A stretch of 64,000 nucleotides of DNA from Candidatus Bathyarchaeota archaeon (GCA_963815095.1 CAWFFH010000003.1:800001-864000); one strand, 5' to 3'. Positions 51,430-61,666 are shown, counted from the first letter of the stretch. Notes: generated by a model from the sequence alone, not told the origin. Translations and numbers: made by a program.

Positions 51430-52791
51430 CTAATTTGGTGAATCGACCCAGCCAAAACTTTTCTTAACCGCCCAAACAATGAAAGGAAACACCAAGCTGA
51501 GTGCTATCAAAACAAAGGCTGAAGTATGAAACAGTTGAAAGTAATTATTCATCGGTCCAGAGAAAACGTTAAACCCATAATATGTGACGGAGTCCACGCC
51601 GAAAGCCACAAACCCAACCCACTTATCCAGAAAAGTGATGCTTTCGATTAAAGAAGCAAACAGTAAAACTAACCCAATTCCAATGAGAATTGGCTTAATC
51701 CAATGAACTCTCTTTTTCCAATTTGCTGAAGCAATCAGTAAGGTGCCTTTATCTGCCAAAGACGCAGCCAGCAAACAGTAAAACGGCAAAGCCAGATAAT
51801 TGTACTTAAAAGCGCTAACGTAGGGAACTGTTAAATGAGAACCAAACACCAAAAACAAATCCAGCACAGCAACCGCTACTATAGTTCCAACACAGAGAGC
51901 ATCCAACCAAACAATTTTTGCCAAAACTTTCCTATAGAGACGTGATAATACCAAAGAGAAAAGTCCCGCGGCAAACAGAAACCACCCGGCACTCTTAACC
52001 AGGGTGATGGGCAAAAACAACAGCGAAGGATTAGACACCAACACTGGATGGGTTATGTCGCTTGCTAAGTAGACTCCGAAGAAGTTTTGGTTGGCAAACC
52101 CTCCAAACCAAACCGCCTGCAACACAAAAGAGGGTGCAAGAAAAATCAGCACTTTAGGCAATGTTAGTTTGAATTGGTACTCTTTTCTTTGCAGAAGAAT
52201 CATTAACAAAAGGGGAACGAGCATAAAGACAGCAAAGAGTTTGGTCATTAATGCGACGGCAAAAAAGACCCCTGATAGCGCCAGTAGCTTTTGGGAATTT
52301 TTGCGAACAGCAAAAACCCCTGCAATCAAGAATAGCAGGCTGAAGAACAGGCTTTGGTTGTCTATGAGGAAGATTCTTGACATGTAAAGGTGCCAGGGAA
52401 CGATGCCGAAGAGTGCAGCAGCCACCAACCCTGTTCGTTTTCCGTATAGCAAGGTGCCTAAAGCATAGACGAGCAAGACGCAGCCAAGTCCAAAGGCAGT
52501 AACCACATCTACCCCGTTAAGGTAGGATAACCCGAATGCCTGGAAGACAGGTGCATCCATGTAGAAGCCCAAGGGCGGCTGATTAATCATAAGCCCAGTG
52601 GTCACATAAGGAAACCCACTCGATATTACACTTGACGCGGCTTGAAACTCAAGCTGCGCATCCCAATTGGTGTAAGTGCCCGTTGAAACTGACACGAGGA
52701 AGGCGCCAAGTAAAACTCCAATTAGTTGGTAGTGTGCATCCAAATGGGATCTAAAATTTCTTGTTTTCACTTTGCCTTCCTGCAGTAGCAT
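51430..52791 (-). CDS. GT39/ArnT-like (PMT-2) GT-C glycosyltransferase
   Basis: NWD, NQPPLGFY, LYGKRTGLVAAALF, SRIFLID, ALMTK. Confidence 0.8.
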   Translation of the reverse strand: MLLQEGKVKTRNFRSHLDAHYQLIGVLLGAFLVSVSTGTYTNWDAQLEFQAASSVISSGFPYVTTGLMINQPPLGFYMDAPVFQAFGLSYLNGVDVVTAFGLGCVLLVYALGTLLYGKRTGLVAAALFGIVPWHLYMSRIFLIDNQSLFFSLLFLIAGVFAVRKNSQKLLALSGVFFAVALMTKLFAVFMLVPLLLMILLQRKEYQFKLTLPKVLIFLAPSFVLQAVWFGGFANQNFFGVYLASDITHPVLVSNPSLLFLPITLVKSAGWFLFAAGLFSLVLSRLYRKVLAKIVWLDALCVGTIVAVAVLDLFLVFGSHLTVPYVSAFKYNYLALPFYCLLAASLADKGTLLIASANWKKRVHWIKPILIGIGLVLLFASLIESITFLDKWVGFVAFGVDSVTYYGFNVFSGPMNNYFQLFHTSAFVLIALSLVFPFIVWAVKKSFGWVDSPN

Positions 52792-52969
52792 ACTTGGTGT
52801 TTACTGTTTTAAAATTTCGCAATCAAACCCTGATTATCTCGTTGGGATCTGTATTTTTGGTTTGGGAAATTTGGGGTTTGTGGTAAGTTTTAAAAAGGTT
52901 TCGTGGTTTAGTAAGAATTACTATTTGAGGTGGATAAGTTGTGGCGATGTTTGGCTGGAGGGTTTACCT

Positions 52970-53488
52970 TTGAGGGGAAAGGCATGGTCGATTGATGAAG
53001 AGCGGCTATTACGACAACTCGTTGAAGAAGGAAGGGATATCGATGGAATTTCCCAAGTTATGGGTATAACGCGAATTTCCATAAAGGGTAAAATTAGCAA
53101 TTTAGGATTAAAACTGATTGTTGCAACTGGTCTGCAGAATTCAGTTGCAGCAGCAGCAACAACTTCTCCGGTTCCAACCTTCGATTCCGCTGGGGTTGTT
53201 GATCCAGCTTCAGTCGTCCATTCTGTTATAGTCGAGAAGGTTGAAGCGGAATTGAAGATAAAAAGACCCTTACCCAGCATCGAGGAGAAAATGCGGGAAG
53301 TGGATGATGCTTCAAGAGCGTTACATCAAAAGGGTCTTAATCCAACAGAGATTAAACGATTAAGTAAGATCATCGACGCTGCGAAAGTGTACAACCAACT
53401 CTTTGAAAAGTATGCACACTACCGCGACTTAGAAAATGAACTCATCGAGTTGAGGCGCCAGCTTGCGACAGAAAGATCCAAAAAGTAA
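52970..53488 (+). CDS. Myb/HTH-like DNA-binding protein with C-terminal coiled coil (terminase small subunit candidate)
   Basis: TTG at 52970 after GGAGGG; GKAWSIDEERLLRQLVEEG...ISQVMGITRISIKGK; overlaps start of TerL. Confidence 0.6.
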   Translation: MRGKAWSIDEERLLRQLVEEGRDIDGISQVMGITRISIKGKISNLGLKLIVATGLQNSVAAAATTSPVPTFDSAGVVDPASVVHSVIVEKVEAELKIKRPLPSIEEKMREVDDASRALHQKGLNPTEIKRLSKIIDAAKVYNQLFEKYAHYRDLENELIELRRQLATERSKK

Positions 53489-54923
53489 CGCTCAAAGTCG
53501 TCGATGCTTCCACCCAGATGAGCTTCAAGCTCAGTGGGAAGGTCTTCGGGAAGACTACCGGCTCCATCAGGCGTCCAAGGTTGCGCAGGTTGATGCAGTT
53601 AAGGGTGATACTGGAAAGTTCTTCAGCGAAATTTGCCATCTTAAACCTTTTGCATATCAGCTTGAGCTAGCAGAGTTGTATCGGCGTTATCAGTTTTTGG
53701 CTGTTAGGTGGCCTAGGCAGACGGGCAAGAGCACCTCCATCGGTGGACTCCTTTTGGAGGATGCCTATGAGAATAACGATCTCAATATTGGGTTCATTGG
53801 ACCCAGCTTTCGCCAAACCAAACTCAACCTCCGGCGCGTAGCGGGTTTTTGCCGCAACCTACCTTCTGGAACTTGTAGCATTCAAAGAACCCGCATAAGC
53901 TTCAAAAACGGCTCCTTCATTGAAGCTTTTCCAAATAATCCTGAAACAATTCGAGGCAATACTTTTCATAGGCTTTGGTGGGATGAGACCAACTTTACTG
54001 CAGGTGATGACGACCTCTACGACGCCATCCTGTTCACCTTGGGAACCACAAACGGCAAGCTCATCGCTAGCAGTACTCCCTTCAACACCGACTCCCTGTT
54101 CTGGAGAATGTGCAACCACAAAGACTTCACCGACTTTGCAAGACACCATTTCTCCTTCGAGGCAGCCTTGGATCCTAAGGGTCCACTTAATGCGGCGATG
54201 GTTGAGCGGATAAGGAAACAGTTTGGGGATGACCCAACTCGGTGGCGGCGGGAGATGGAGGCGGAGTGGGCTGAAGATGAGGATGTGTGGTTACCGCAGA
54301 GCTTGATTGTTTCGTGTATTGGCACGGCTAAGAATTGTGGTTGAGACCTCGAAGTTTACGATACTGAAAAGTGTTATAGTGGAGATTTTTTTGTTGGCTT
54401 AGATATAGGTCAAGTAAGAGACTACACCTCCCTGACTGTTGTCGAGCGGGTTGATGACATGATCTATTTGAGGCATCAAAAGCTGTTTCCACATCCCACC
54501 AATCATGCACACATCTTAGGCTACCTCAAACGATTGCAGGACCAATGGGGGGGCTTCCAGAAAATTCGCGTAGATTTCACCCGCGAAGGACCCAGCCTAA
54601 TCAAAGACATGGAAACTGCAGGGATAGAAAACGCTGAAGGCGTAAACTTTAGTGTTCCCCGCAAAAGCGAAATGGCGTATCTTTTAAAAAAACGGATGAT
54701 GAATCAACAAATCCGCTTTCCCTTGCTTACCTGGGAAAAACCCTACCGAAGCGACATATGCACCGAACTAAACGTTGAAAAATACCAACTGCGCAAAGAC
54801 GGCAACATAGGATACAGCCACCCAAACGGGACCCACGACGATGTATTCTGGAGCTTCGCGTTGGCTGTTTACGGAACAGTTGACATGGAACCCGAACCAT
54901 TCTTGGCTATAGTGCCTCGATAA
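53463..54923 (+). pseudogene. Phage terminase large subunit (ATPase plus RNase H-like nuclease) with in-frame TGA at 54342-54344
   Basis: PFAYQ, Walker A WPRQTGKST, Walker B LWWDE, STP, RREMEAEW. After the TGA the same frame gives FFVGLDIGQVRDYT, RVDFT, GTHDDVFW. Confidence 0.88.
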
Positions 54924-55136
54924 ACTGTTAGTTTGTATCAGAAAACGAGAAATGAGTTAAAATGGTTCGAGGTCAGCCCCAGTCCGCAGGAAAAGGTCTC
55001 CTGTTGGCAAAAAACTCAGCCAGAGGAGGGTATAAAGCTAAAAAGTTTGGTATTTTATTTTGTTGTGATGTTAAGCTATTTGGCGGTAAGTCTTTCCTAC
55101 GGTATCCCCGATTTTGGAAAGGCCTTGGTTGGATGT

Positions 55137-55388
55137 TCAAGCGGAATTGCTGGCAACAATTAGAACTTGATCAGTCAAGAAATCTGTCAATTTTTTTAAG
55201 CTTGCTTTCTTGTGTGTGGCTAAATGATTCTTTATGGCGCCGTTCATAGCCTTCAAGTCGGGCACTACTAGAATTTCAAAGCCGCAGGAACATTTGATAA
55301 TTGGCATGCGTGTTTGATTTTCAACAAACTTGCTGGTCTGATCTTGGGTAAAAATGAAGTTTGTTTCTTGGGTGCCTTTTTTCTTCAT
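55137..55388 (-). CDS. Small CxC...H-x3-H zinc-binding protein
   Basis: IKCSCGFEILVVPDLKAMNGAIKNHLATH; likely start ATG 55388. Confidence 0.65.
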   Translation of the reverse strand: MKKKGTQETNFIFTQDQTSKFVENQTRMPIIKCSCGFEILVVPDLKAMNGAIKNHLATHKKASLKKLTDFLTDQVLIVASNSA

Positions 55389-55662
55389 GATTATTTCTTT
55401 GCTCCGAGAATGGAAGTTTATTGTTGTTTGGCAAAATTTATTGACTTGTTGTAGGCGTGGCACAGTCACAACTGCATCGCAATTTATGGGTAATTCTTCT
55501 TATTTATGTATCATTCAATTTATTTTGTTGCAATAACATGTAATATGCTAATAAAAAGCAAAATTGCTTGAATTAAACAACAGCAAAACAACAAAGCTTA
55601 TTACATTCTGCTTCATAACATACAGATATATATGAATAAATTCGAAGGAAAGGAAATTAAAG

Positions 55663-55956
55663 ATGAGACGATCAAAACTCGAAATGTACATTGACATCAT
55701 TAAAATGTTGGCACACTCAGGTCCATCAAAGTTAACACACATCATGTACAAAGCTAACCTCAACTGCAGCATTCTCAACGAGTATTTGGACTTCTTAATC
55801 AAACAGGGTCTTGTCGAAAAACGAACCATTGAAAAAGATCATACAGTTTTCGTAGTTACTCAAAGAGGCATAAATGTACTGAAGTATTTCCGAGAACTCA
55901 CGCAATCGCTGCCGCTAGAACAAGAAACCCAACGACAAAAGACACAATTGCTATAA
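55663..55956 (+). CDS. Archaeal winged-helix transcriptional regulator
   Basis: RRSKLEMYIDI, THIMYKANLN, YLDFL..QGLV, VTQRG. Confidence 0.88.
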   Translation: MRRSKLEMYIDIIKMLAHSGPSKLTHIMYKANLNCSILNEYLDFLIKQGLVEKRTIEKDHTVFVVTQRGINVLKYFRELTQSLPLEQETQRQKTQLL

Positions 55957-56349
55957 TAACCGACCAATGGTCTTTAGAACCACGCCACAGAGAATTACCG
56001 AAAACTTGCGATGCTTTCTTAAAAGGTGTCGTATCTGACAAAAAAACCTTGAATACCTTTAATATTTTTTAAAGGTCTGATTATAAGGCAAATGCTTTTT
56101 ATTATAAGGACACAAATTTGGGGCTCCATTAAATTTTAATAACTTTAAAAGATGCTTAAAACAAAACAAATATTCTATCTATTGAAAAACATTTTTCAGG
56201 TAAAATCAATTCACTTATTCAAAGTCAGAGTTAAAATAAGACCCAAAATTGAAGCCTAAAGAATTAAGCAGTGAGTGTTCTCTCTCAACTATTAGGAATC
56301 GATAATAATTACCTAAGATATATGGGTACACAATATATGAGTTGATGTC

Positions 56350-57135
56350 TTGGATTATCTGTCGCCTCTTAGATCAGAACTTAAACTTAAAATTTTATTA
56401 AGTCTCTTAACCGGTGAGAGAAAAATAGCTGACCTTAGATCTGATGTTGAGACCCGAGATACCACCATTCTTCACGTTCTTGGAGAATTTGGTGAGCTAG
56501 GCCTAATAACAAAGTCGCAAGGAGTGTACCGATTGTCTTCTCTTGGTCTACTTGAAACCAACGTTTTTAAAGAGCTCATTTCAACAACCGACGTTATTGA
56601 AAAGTTTAAGGACTTTTGGTTGTCACACAACGTTACTGATATACCCTCATATCTTCTTCTAAACTTAGGTGCATTAAGCGACGCTTCGATAGTTCGCACT
56701 GAAGCGACCGATCTGAACCTCGTTCACGAAAAAATCGTAAATATTCTAAAATCCTCAAAAAGGATCATGGGAATTTCGCCAGTATTTCATGGCGATTATG
56801 TTCCGGTTGTCGAAAAATCGTTGAAAGAAGGCAATTCTGTGACCTTAATATTTACCCCTAAAGTTCTAAAGAAAGCTTCGGCGTTAGCAGAGACAGGAAT
56901 CATAAAAAAATATGTTCTGGAAGGGAAATTGAAAATCTTCGTAAATGAGGACGTAAAGATTGCTCTAACTGTGGCCGAGAATAGTTTTTCTATGGGCTTA
57001 TTTAATCTAAACGGTGAATACGATTATGGCATAGACTTGATGTCCACAAGCAAGGCAGCCATCGAATGGGGTGAACATCTCTTTGAAGATGTCGCTAAAC
57101 GAAGTATGCCAATGGACATAAAGTCATTGATTTAA
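56350..57135 (+). CDS. HTH plus DUF1724 (FilR1-like) transcriptional regulator
   Basis: N-terminal wHTH; FW.SH....IP; LGLF...GEYD; AIEWGEHLF. Confidence 0.8.
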   Translation: MDYLSPLRSELKLKILLSLLTGERKIADLRSDVETRDTTILHVLGEFGELGLITKSQGVYRLSSLGLLETNVFKELISTTDVIEKFKDFWLSHNVTDIPSYLLLNLGALSDASIVRTEATDLNLVHEKIVNILKSSKRIMGISPVFHGDYVPVVEKSLKEGNSVTLIFTPKVLKKASALAETGIIKKYVLEGKLKIFVNEDVKIALTVAENSFSMGLFNLNGEYDYGIDLMSTSKAAIEWGEHLFEDVAKRSMPMDIKSLI

Positions 57136-57273
57136 GAAAGCGATTCTTGCGTTTTCTTCAATTGGATTAAGTCGTTAATTTTAACTCGATTTTCACTTGA
57201 TTATCTGAATGGGTAAATGTGGATTTTGAATATAGATTAGGTCTTCATAAGTCTCAATACTTATCGAGAATCT

Positions 57274-58206
57274 ATGTTTGGATGGAGAAAGTTCATGAAG
57301 GCTCTATCCACTAAAATAGAACCAGCCAAACCCTCAAAAAATTATGCAAATCACCTTCTGAAAATAACCTATTTTCGAGCAAGCAAAATTACAAAATTCA
57401 TGACTTCAACATCACTCTTCCTATCTTTGTATGCATCATTGGTAGTAGTTTTTAGTTTTCTCGTATATGGACATAGCATTGCCCCCGAGATTGTCTTGGC
57501 AGCATTCCTGGTAACCTTTTCAATATATAGTTTGAATAAGGCCACTGATAAGATAGAGGATGCGATCAATTCCCCAAATATTGAGTCAAGATCTCGCTCA
57601 TATTATGTGATTGCTTCGGTTTCCGCAATGATTGCCTGTCTCTCAATTGGCGTATTAGATGGTTTGAAGGTTCTTCTTGTTTTATCAATGCCTTTTGCGA
57701 TCGGTCTTGTTTACAGTGTTAGAGTAGCTAAAACCTTGCCTCGCCTTAAAGAAATTACAGGGGTGAAAAGCTTTATAGTCGCACTTAGCTGGGCTGTGAC
57801 AGGCGCTTTTCTGCCATATGCGCTTGGAGCCGTACAATTTCAAATAGTATTCTTCGTTTTCACTTTCATATTTATTCAAGTGCTGGTAAAAGAAGTTATT
57901 TTTGACTCCTTGGATATGAAAGGAGACAAGGTTTCTGGAGTAACTACGATTCCTATGGTTTTGGGAAAACGGAGGACAAAATTCTTTTTAGTGATTATAA
58001 ACGCATTCTCCGGATTACTGGTAATGTTTTCCACTTTTAGTGGCTTAATTGTTCAATTTGTTTCTTTATCGATCTTCGGTATCGTGTTTAGTTTCTTAAT
58101 AATTTGGCTTTTTGTTGGCAAAGATCATAAGAAACTCCATGGGGAACCAGTTGTTGAAGGAAAATGGATGCCTGTAGCAGATTTAATAAAATCTATCCTG
58201 CGTTAA
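57274..58206 (+). CDS. UbiA-family prenyltransferase
   Basis: NKATDKIEDAINSP and FDSLDMKGD...GVTTIP Asp-rich motifs; about 8 TM. Confidence 0.85.
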   Translation: MFGWRKFMKALSTKIEPAKPSKNYANHLLKITYFRASKITKFMTSTSLFLSLYASLVVVFSFLVYGHSIAPEIVLAAFLVTFSIYSLNKATDKIEDAINSPNIESRSRSYYVIASVSAMIACLSIGVLDGLKVLLVLSMPFAIGLVYSVRVAKTLPRLKEITGVKSFIVALSWAVTGAFLPYALGAVQFQIVFFVFTFIFIQVLVKEVIFDSLDMKGDKVSGVTTIPMVLGKRRTKFFLVIINAFSGLLVMFSTFSGLIVQFVSLSIFGIVFSFLIIWLFVGKDHKKLHGEPVVEGKWMPVADLIKSILR

Positions 58207-58441
58207 TCAAATAGATTATCGAGTTTCACGGATGAAATAAGATTTGATAAGATTTGTTTAATACTCAACTGTCCAAAAGTTAGGTGTTAGTGCTGGTCTA
58301 ACTCGTATGATCTCGCAGTCTGTTATTCCTCTTAGTTACAGTTGTTTTGGCTGTTGGATTTGTGAAAAGTTAATCCACATAATTGTAGTGAGTCGTAAGA
58401 CTTATAAGAATAGCTAATGCAATAAAACAGTTGACCCAAAA

Positions 58442-59245
58442 TTGAATAGCGTCTCGAGTAATACTAAATCTGTCAGCAGAACTATCTTTCTTATCTCAGT
58501 CGTAATATTACTCGTGGTTTGCGTTACAGTCGGTTTTGTAGGGTACAACAACACAAATAATCTCCAAACCAGCTACAACTTACTGCAAACCGACCAACAG
58601 AACCTTAATTCTACATACACCCAGTTACAAACAACATATAATCAGTTACAAGAATCAAACCAGAACCTGCAGATACAATTAGCATTACTTCAATCAAACA
58701 ATAGTCAACTTCAAAATACCAACATCATCCTTCAATCCCAGTGGGGTTTACTCGACGACCAATTTACCTCACTTAACAGTCAGTACAAACAATTGCAATC
58801 AACCAACAATCAGTCCCAGACACAGATAGCTAATCTTCAACACCAGATTGCAAGCCTTCAGTCACAATTATCGAACGCGACAATTTTAATCGCTCAGTTG
58901 CAAGGTCAAACAGGAATCATACCCTCGTACATAGACCTGCATTACGTCGAACCCACAGGTTCACCGAGTTATTACTTTTTGCAATTGTCACTGAAAAATA
59001 CTGGAGAAGTGCCCATAAAACAGATATTTGTTACTTTCAATTCTGTCCGGATTCCGATGACCTTCACGTATCTGAATTCAACGATTAGTGCTGACATACC
59101 ACTTCCTCCAAACCAAACGACTAATGGAGGTCAGAGCGTCACGCCGCCAGTCAATAACGTTGGCACCTATCCACTGGTAATCCAGGGATGGGCCACCAAC
59201 TCGTCAGTCTATACCTATCAAACAACAATAACTGCCCACCTATAA
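58442..59245 (+). CDS. Membrane-anchored Gln/Asn-rich coiled-coil protein with C-terminal beta domain
   Basis: N-terminal TM, about 16 heptads of LQ...NQ type, LSLKNTGEVPI. Confidence 0.75.
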   Translation: MNSVSSNTKSVSRTIFLISVVILLVVCVTVGFVGYNNTNNLQTSYNLLQTDQQNLNSTYTQLQTTYNQLQESNQNLQIQLALLQSNNSQLQNTNIILQSQWGLLDDQFTSLNSQYKQLQSTNNQSQTQIANLQHQIASLQSQLSNATILIAQLQGQTGIIPSYIDLHYVEPTGSPSYYFLQLSLKNTGEVPIKQIFVTFNSVRIPMTFTYLNSTISADIPLPPNQTTNGGQSVTPPVNNVGTYPLVIQGWATNSSVYTYQTTITAHL

Positions 59246-59680
59246 TCAGTCATCGCAGTGGTTCTGTAGGGTAAATTTTTGGATTGAAAAACGCTAGTGC
59301 GAATTGTACCACTCAACAATTGTGCGCGCAATCTGCTCTGAATAACCAGCCTTAACTAACATTTGGACAAATTCTTGATCGCTCAAACGCATTACCCACC
59401 ACATCTCAAGCCTCGATTAATATTAAGCGATATTTCGGTTCTGTGAATATTTCGGAAAATATTCCCGACGGACCTTACATTGATTGAGCACATGAAAACA
59501 TAACATTTTAAGTGCCAATTAGCCAAATGTCAATAGTTTGAAAGAATGTCAGCACAGTCATACTAAATAACAAAGCGTTATGATATTGATTGTTTAATTT
59601 TTCATAACAATTATGAACAGATCTCAACCACATTTATATCGAGTCAAAGGTAATCAATATCAAGAAAGCAAGGTGAAAAA

Positions 59681-59743
59681 ATGGAAAAAACAACCCCAAA
59701 GAAAACTGCCCCAAAAGAAACCCTGTACTTCCCACACGTATAG
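59681..59743 (+). CDS. 20-aa micro-ORF MEKTTPKKTAPKETLYFPHV
   Basis: AGGTGA-A5-ATG RBS; TATA-like TTTATAT about 45 bp upstream. Confidence 0.4.
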   Translation: MEKTTPKKTAPKETLYFPHV

Positions 59744-59752
59744 GTGAAAAAA

Positions 59753-59875
59753 ATGATTGCAGAAATAGTATTTGCTCTAAGCACAAGCATGTTGATGGCA
59801 GCCTTTGCATATTACAACATCAAATACCGAAAATTCATCAAATACAACACTTCCAAACATAACAACAGGAGATGA
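59753..59875 (+). CDS. 40-aa single-TM micro-protein MIAEIVFALSTSMLMAAFAYYNIKYRKFIKYNTSKHNNRR
   Basis: Same AGGTGA-A-run RBS overlapping the previous stop; hydrophobic N-half, basic tail; oligo-T at 59934-59938. Confidence 0.5.
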   Translation: MIAEIVFALSTSMLMAAFAYYNIKYRKFIKYNTSKHNNRR

Positions 59876-60090
59876 CCATATCAGACCAGGAATTATCAAA
59901 CCAAAATCTTTCGAGAATACCTTCAATTCCTCTTTTTTAATCAAAATATAGCTCGCCTATGACACCAAACTAAATATCTTGCAAGGCAAAGACCTGAAAA
60001 AATTGGCAGGTTAGAATAGATGCTAGCCGTTCATCAAAATACTGAAACTTTAATATCCCGCTTCTTTCCAATAAAATGTGAAGCATTATT

Positions 60091-60930
60091 ATGACAATTT
60101 TTCAGGCACCAACTAAGCTTTCGAAAGGCATGCGCCTTATCTTGCTAGCAGCGAGCATTCTTGTTCTTTCAGCAGGAGTTGATCTCACCCTCCTCACTGA
60201 ACAGACTGCCACCTCGTTTGCTTGGACCATCCAATCCTCAATAACAGCTGCCTTCCTAGGCGCAGGCTACCTAGCTAGCTTCCTGCTTGAATTTCTTGCG
60301 TATCGGCAAAAGACATGGGCCAACGCCCGTATAGCCGTACCATCAGTTCTCATATTCACAGTCCTAACTCTGATTACAACCATTTTACACTTCGACAAAT
60401 TCCATTTTAACAGTCCCATATTTTCAGCTATGTTAGCCGCTTATCTATGGTTAGCTATTTACGTCGCAGTCCCAATCGTCTTGCTGATTATTCTTATCAA
60501 TCAAATCAGGCTGCAAAGTTCGACACCGAAACGAAAAGCCCCACTGTACACTTGGATGCGCCTTGTACTCGCAACTCAAGGAATAATAATGCTGGTTACA
60601 GGCTTGATCTTATTCTTGTTGCCTTCGACAGCCTCAACCTTCTGGCCTTGGGCACTCACCCCATTAACGAGTGGCGCGATTGGTTCCTGGCTTCTTGGAA
60701 TTGGCATTATAGCATTGCATATGACGTGGGAAAACGATCATCAGCGCAACAAGATTGCATATATAAGTTATACAGCGCTGGGGGTACTTCAAGCGCTATC
60801 ATTAGTGCGCTATAGCGGGGAGGTCGGCTGGTCCACGGAGGGCAGCTGGGTTTATCTGATTTTTGTCGTCAGCATTATTGCAACGGGATTATTAGGGTGG
60901 AAAGCTTCAAGGCAAGTAAAAATCGATTAA
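60091..60930 (+). CDS. Multi-pass membrane protein with internal duplication
   Basis: FAWTI.SSITAAFLGA and FWPWALTPLTSGAIGS repeats; 8 TM. Confidence 0.75.
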   Translation: MTIFQAPTKLSKGMRLILLAASILVLSAGVDLTLLTEQTATSFAWTIQSSITAAFLGAGYLASFLLEFLAYRQKTWANARIAVPSVLIFTVLTLITTILHFDKFHFNSPIFSAMLAAYLWLAIYVAVPIVLLIILINQIRLQSSTPKRKAPLYTWMRLVLATQGIIMLVTGLILFLLPSTASTFWPWALTPLTSGAIGSWLLGIGIIALHMTWENDHQRNKIAYISYTALGVLQALSLVRYSGEVGWSTEGSWVYLIFVVSIIATGLLGWKASRQVKID

Positions 60931-61279
60931 TCTCCAATAGCGTAGCAGTGAGAAATTTGACTTTAAAGGCCACATCCGACTGGAAATAGGATCTCTATCT
61001 GTAAAAAAAATACCTATTTGAAAGAGTTCGATTTTTCCTTAGCTGTTGTGGTTTGACCCATGGTTCAAATCCCATGGAAACCAACATGATCCACATCAAC
61101 CCGTTCAGGTAAGTCCAGTCTGACTATATCTCAACATCTTCTTATCAGTTAATGGAGATAAAATTCCCACGTTTTAGGTTCTTAATACAATAATTATTCT
61201 ATTAATATTCCGTATGAAACGTGAGCCAATAGAGTTATATTGACTGTGCAACCATCTGATTTATAGGAGAATTTTTGAA

Positions 61280-61666
61280 ATGACTACTGATGGGAACAAA
61301 GTCATCGTTCTCAGATTCATCAAAGAAGTTTTGGGCGGCGGCAATATCGATCTTATCGACGAATTGCTAGCACCGAACTATGTGAATCCGAGTATGGGCG
61401 TCACTAATCGACTTGGTTTCAAGGCTGTGATTTCCGGTCTGAAGACCACTGCGCCAGCACGCGATTTTCAAATCGCAGACCTAGTGGCCGAAGGCGACTC
61501 AGTCGTATTTCGAGGCAGCATGAACTTTACCCTCTCCACCGGGAAAAAAGCCTCTGCCAGAGTTATCACCTATTACCGTCTCGTCAACGGGAAGATCGTA
61601 GAAGATGAACCGATAAGTACCCCACCTCTAACCGAATTGTTGGCCGACATGATGCCGCCGAAATAA
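61280..61666 (+). CDS. SnoaL-like / NTF2-fold ester cyclase family protein
   Basis: NKVIVLRF..EV...GN.DLIDELLAP.Y, LVAEGD.V, YRLVNGKIVE. Confidence 0.85.
   Translation: MTTDGNKVIVLRFIKEVLGGGNIDLIDELLAPNYVNPSMGVTNRLGFKAVISGLKTTAPARDFQIADLVAEGDSVVFRGSMNFTLSTGKKASARVITYYRLVNGKIVEDEPISTPPLTELLADMMPPK

Larger units (their letters stand above)
52970..54923 (+). mobile_element. Orphan viral DNA-packaging module or provirus remnant at left edge of accessory island
   Basis: TerL plus upstream HTH gene; no portal, capsid or integrase recognisable in the window. Confidence 0.55.

Noticed and set aside
54342-54344. Selenocysteine at the terminase TGA
   Set aside because: The codon lies in an inter-domain linker, not a redox motif; I could not identify a SECIS; no Sec machinery in the window.
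54933-55249. Two overlapping + strand ORFs after terminase as a portal gene
   Set aside because: Short, no recognisable motifs, overlap each other and the minus-strand Zn-finger gene; at most degraded remnants.
58560-58900. DNA tandem repeat in the coiled-coil gene
   Set aside because: Periodicity is explained by 21-nt heptad coding with degenerate codons, not a DNA-level repeat element.
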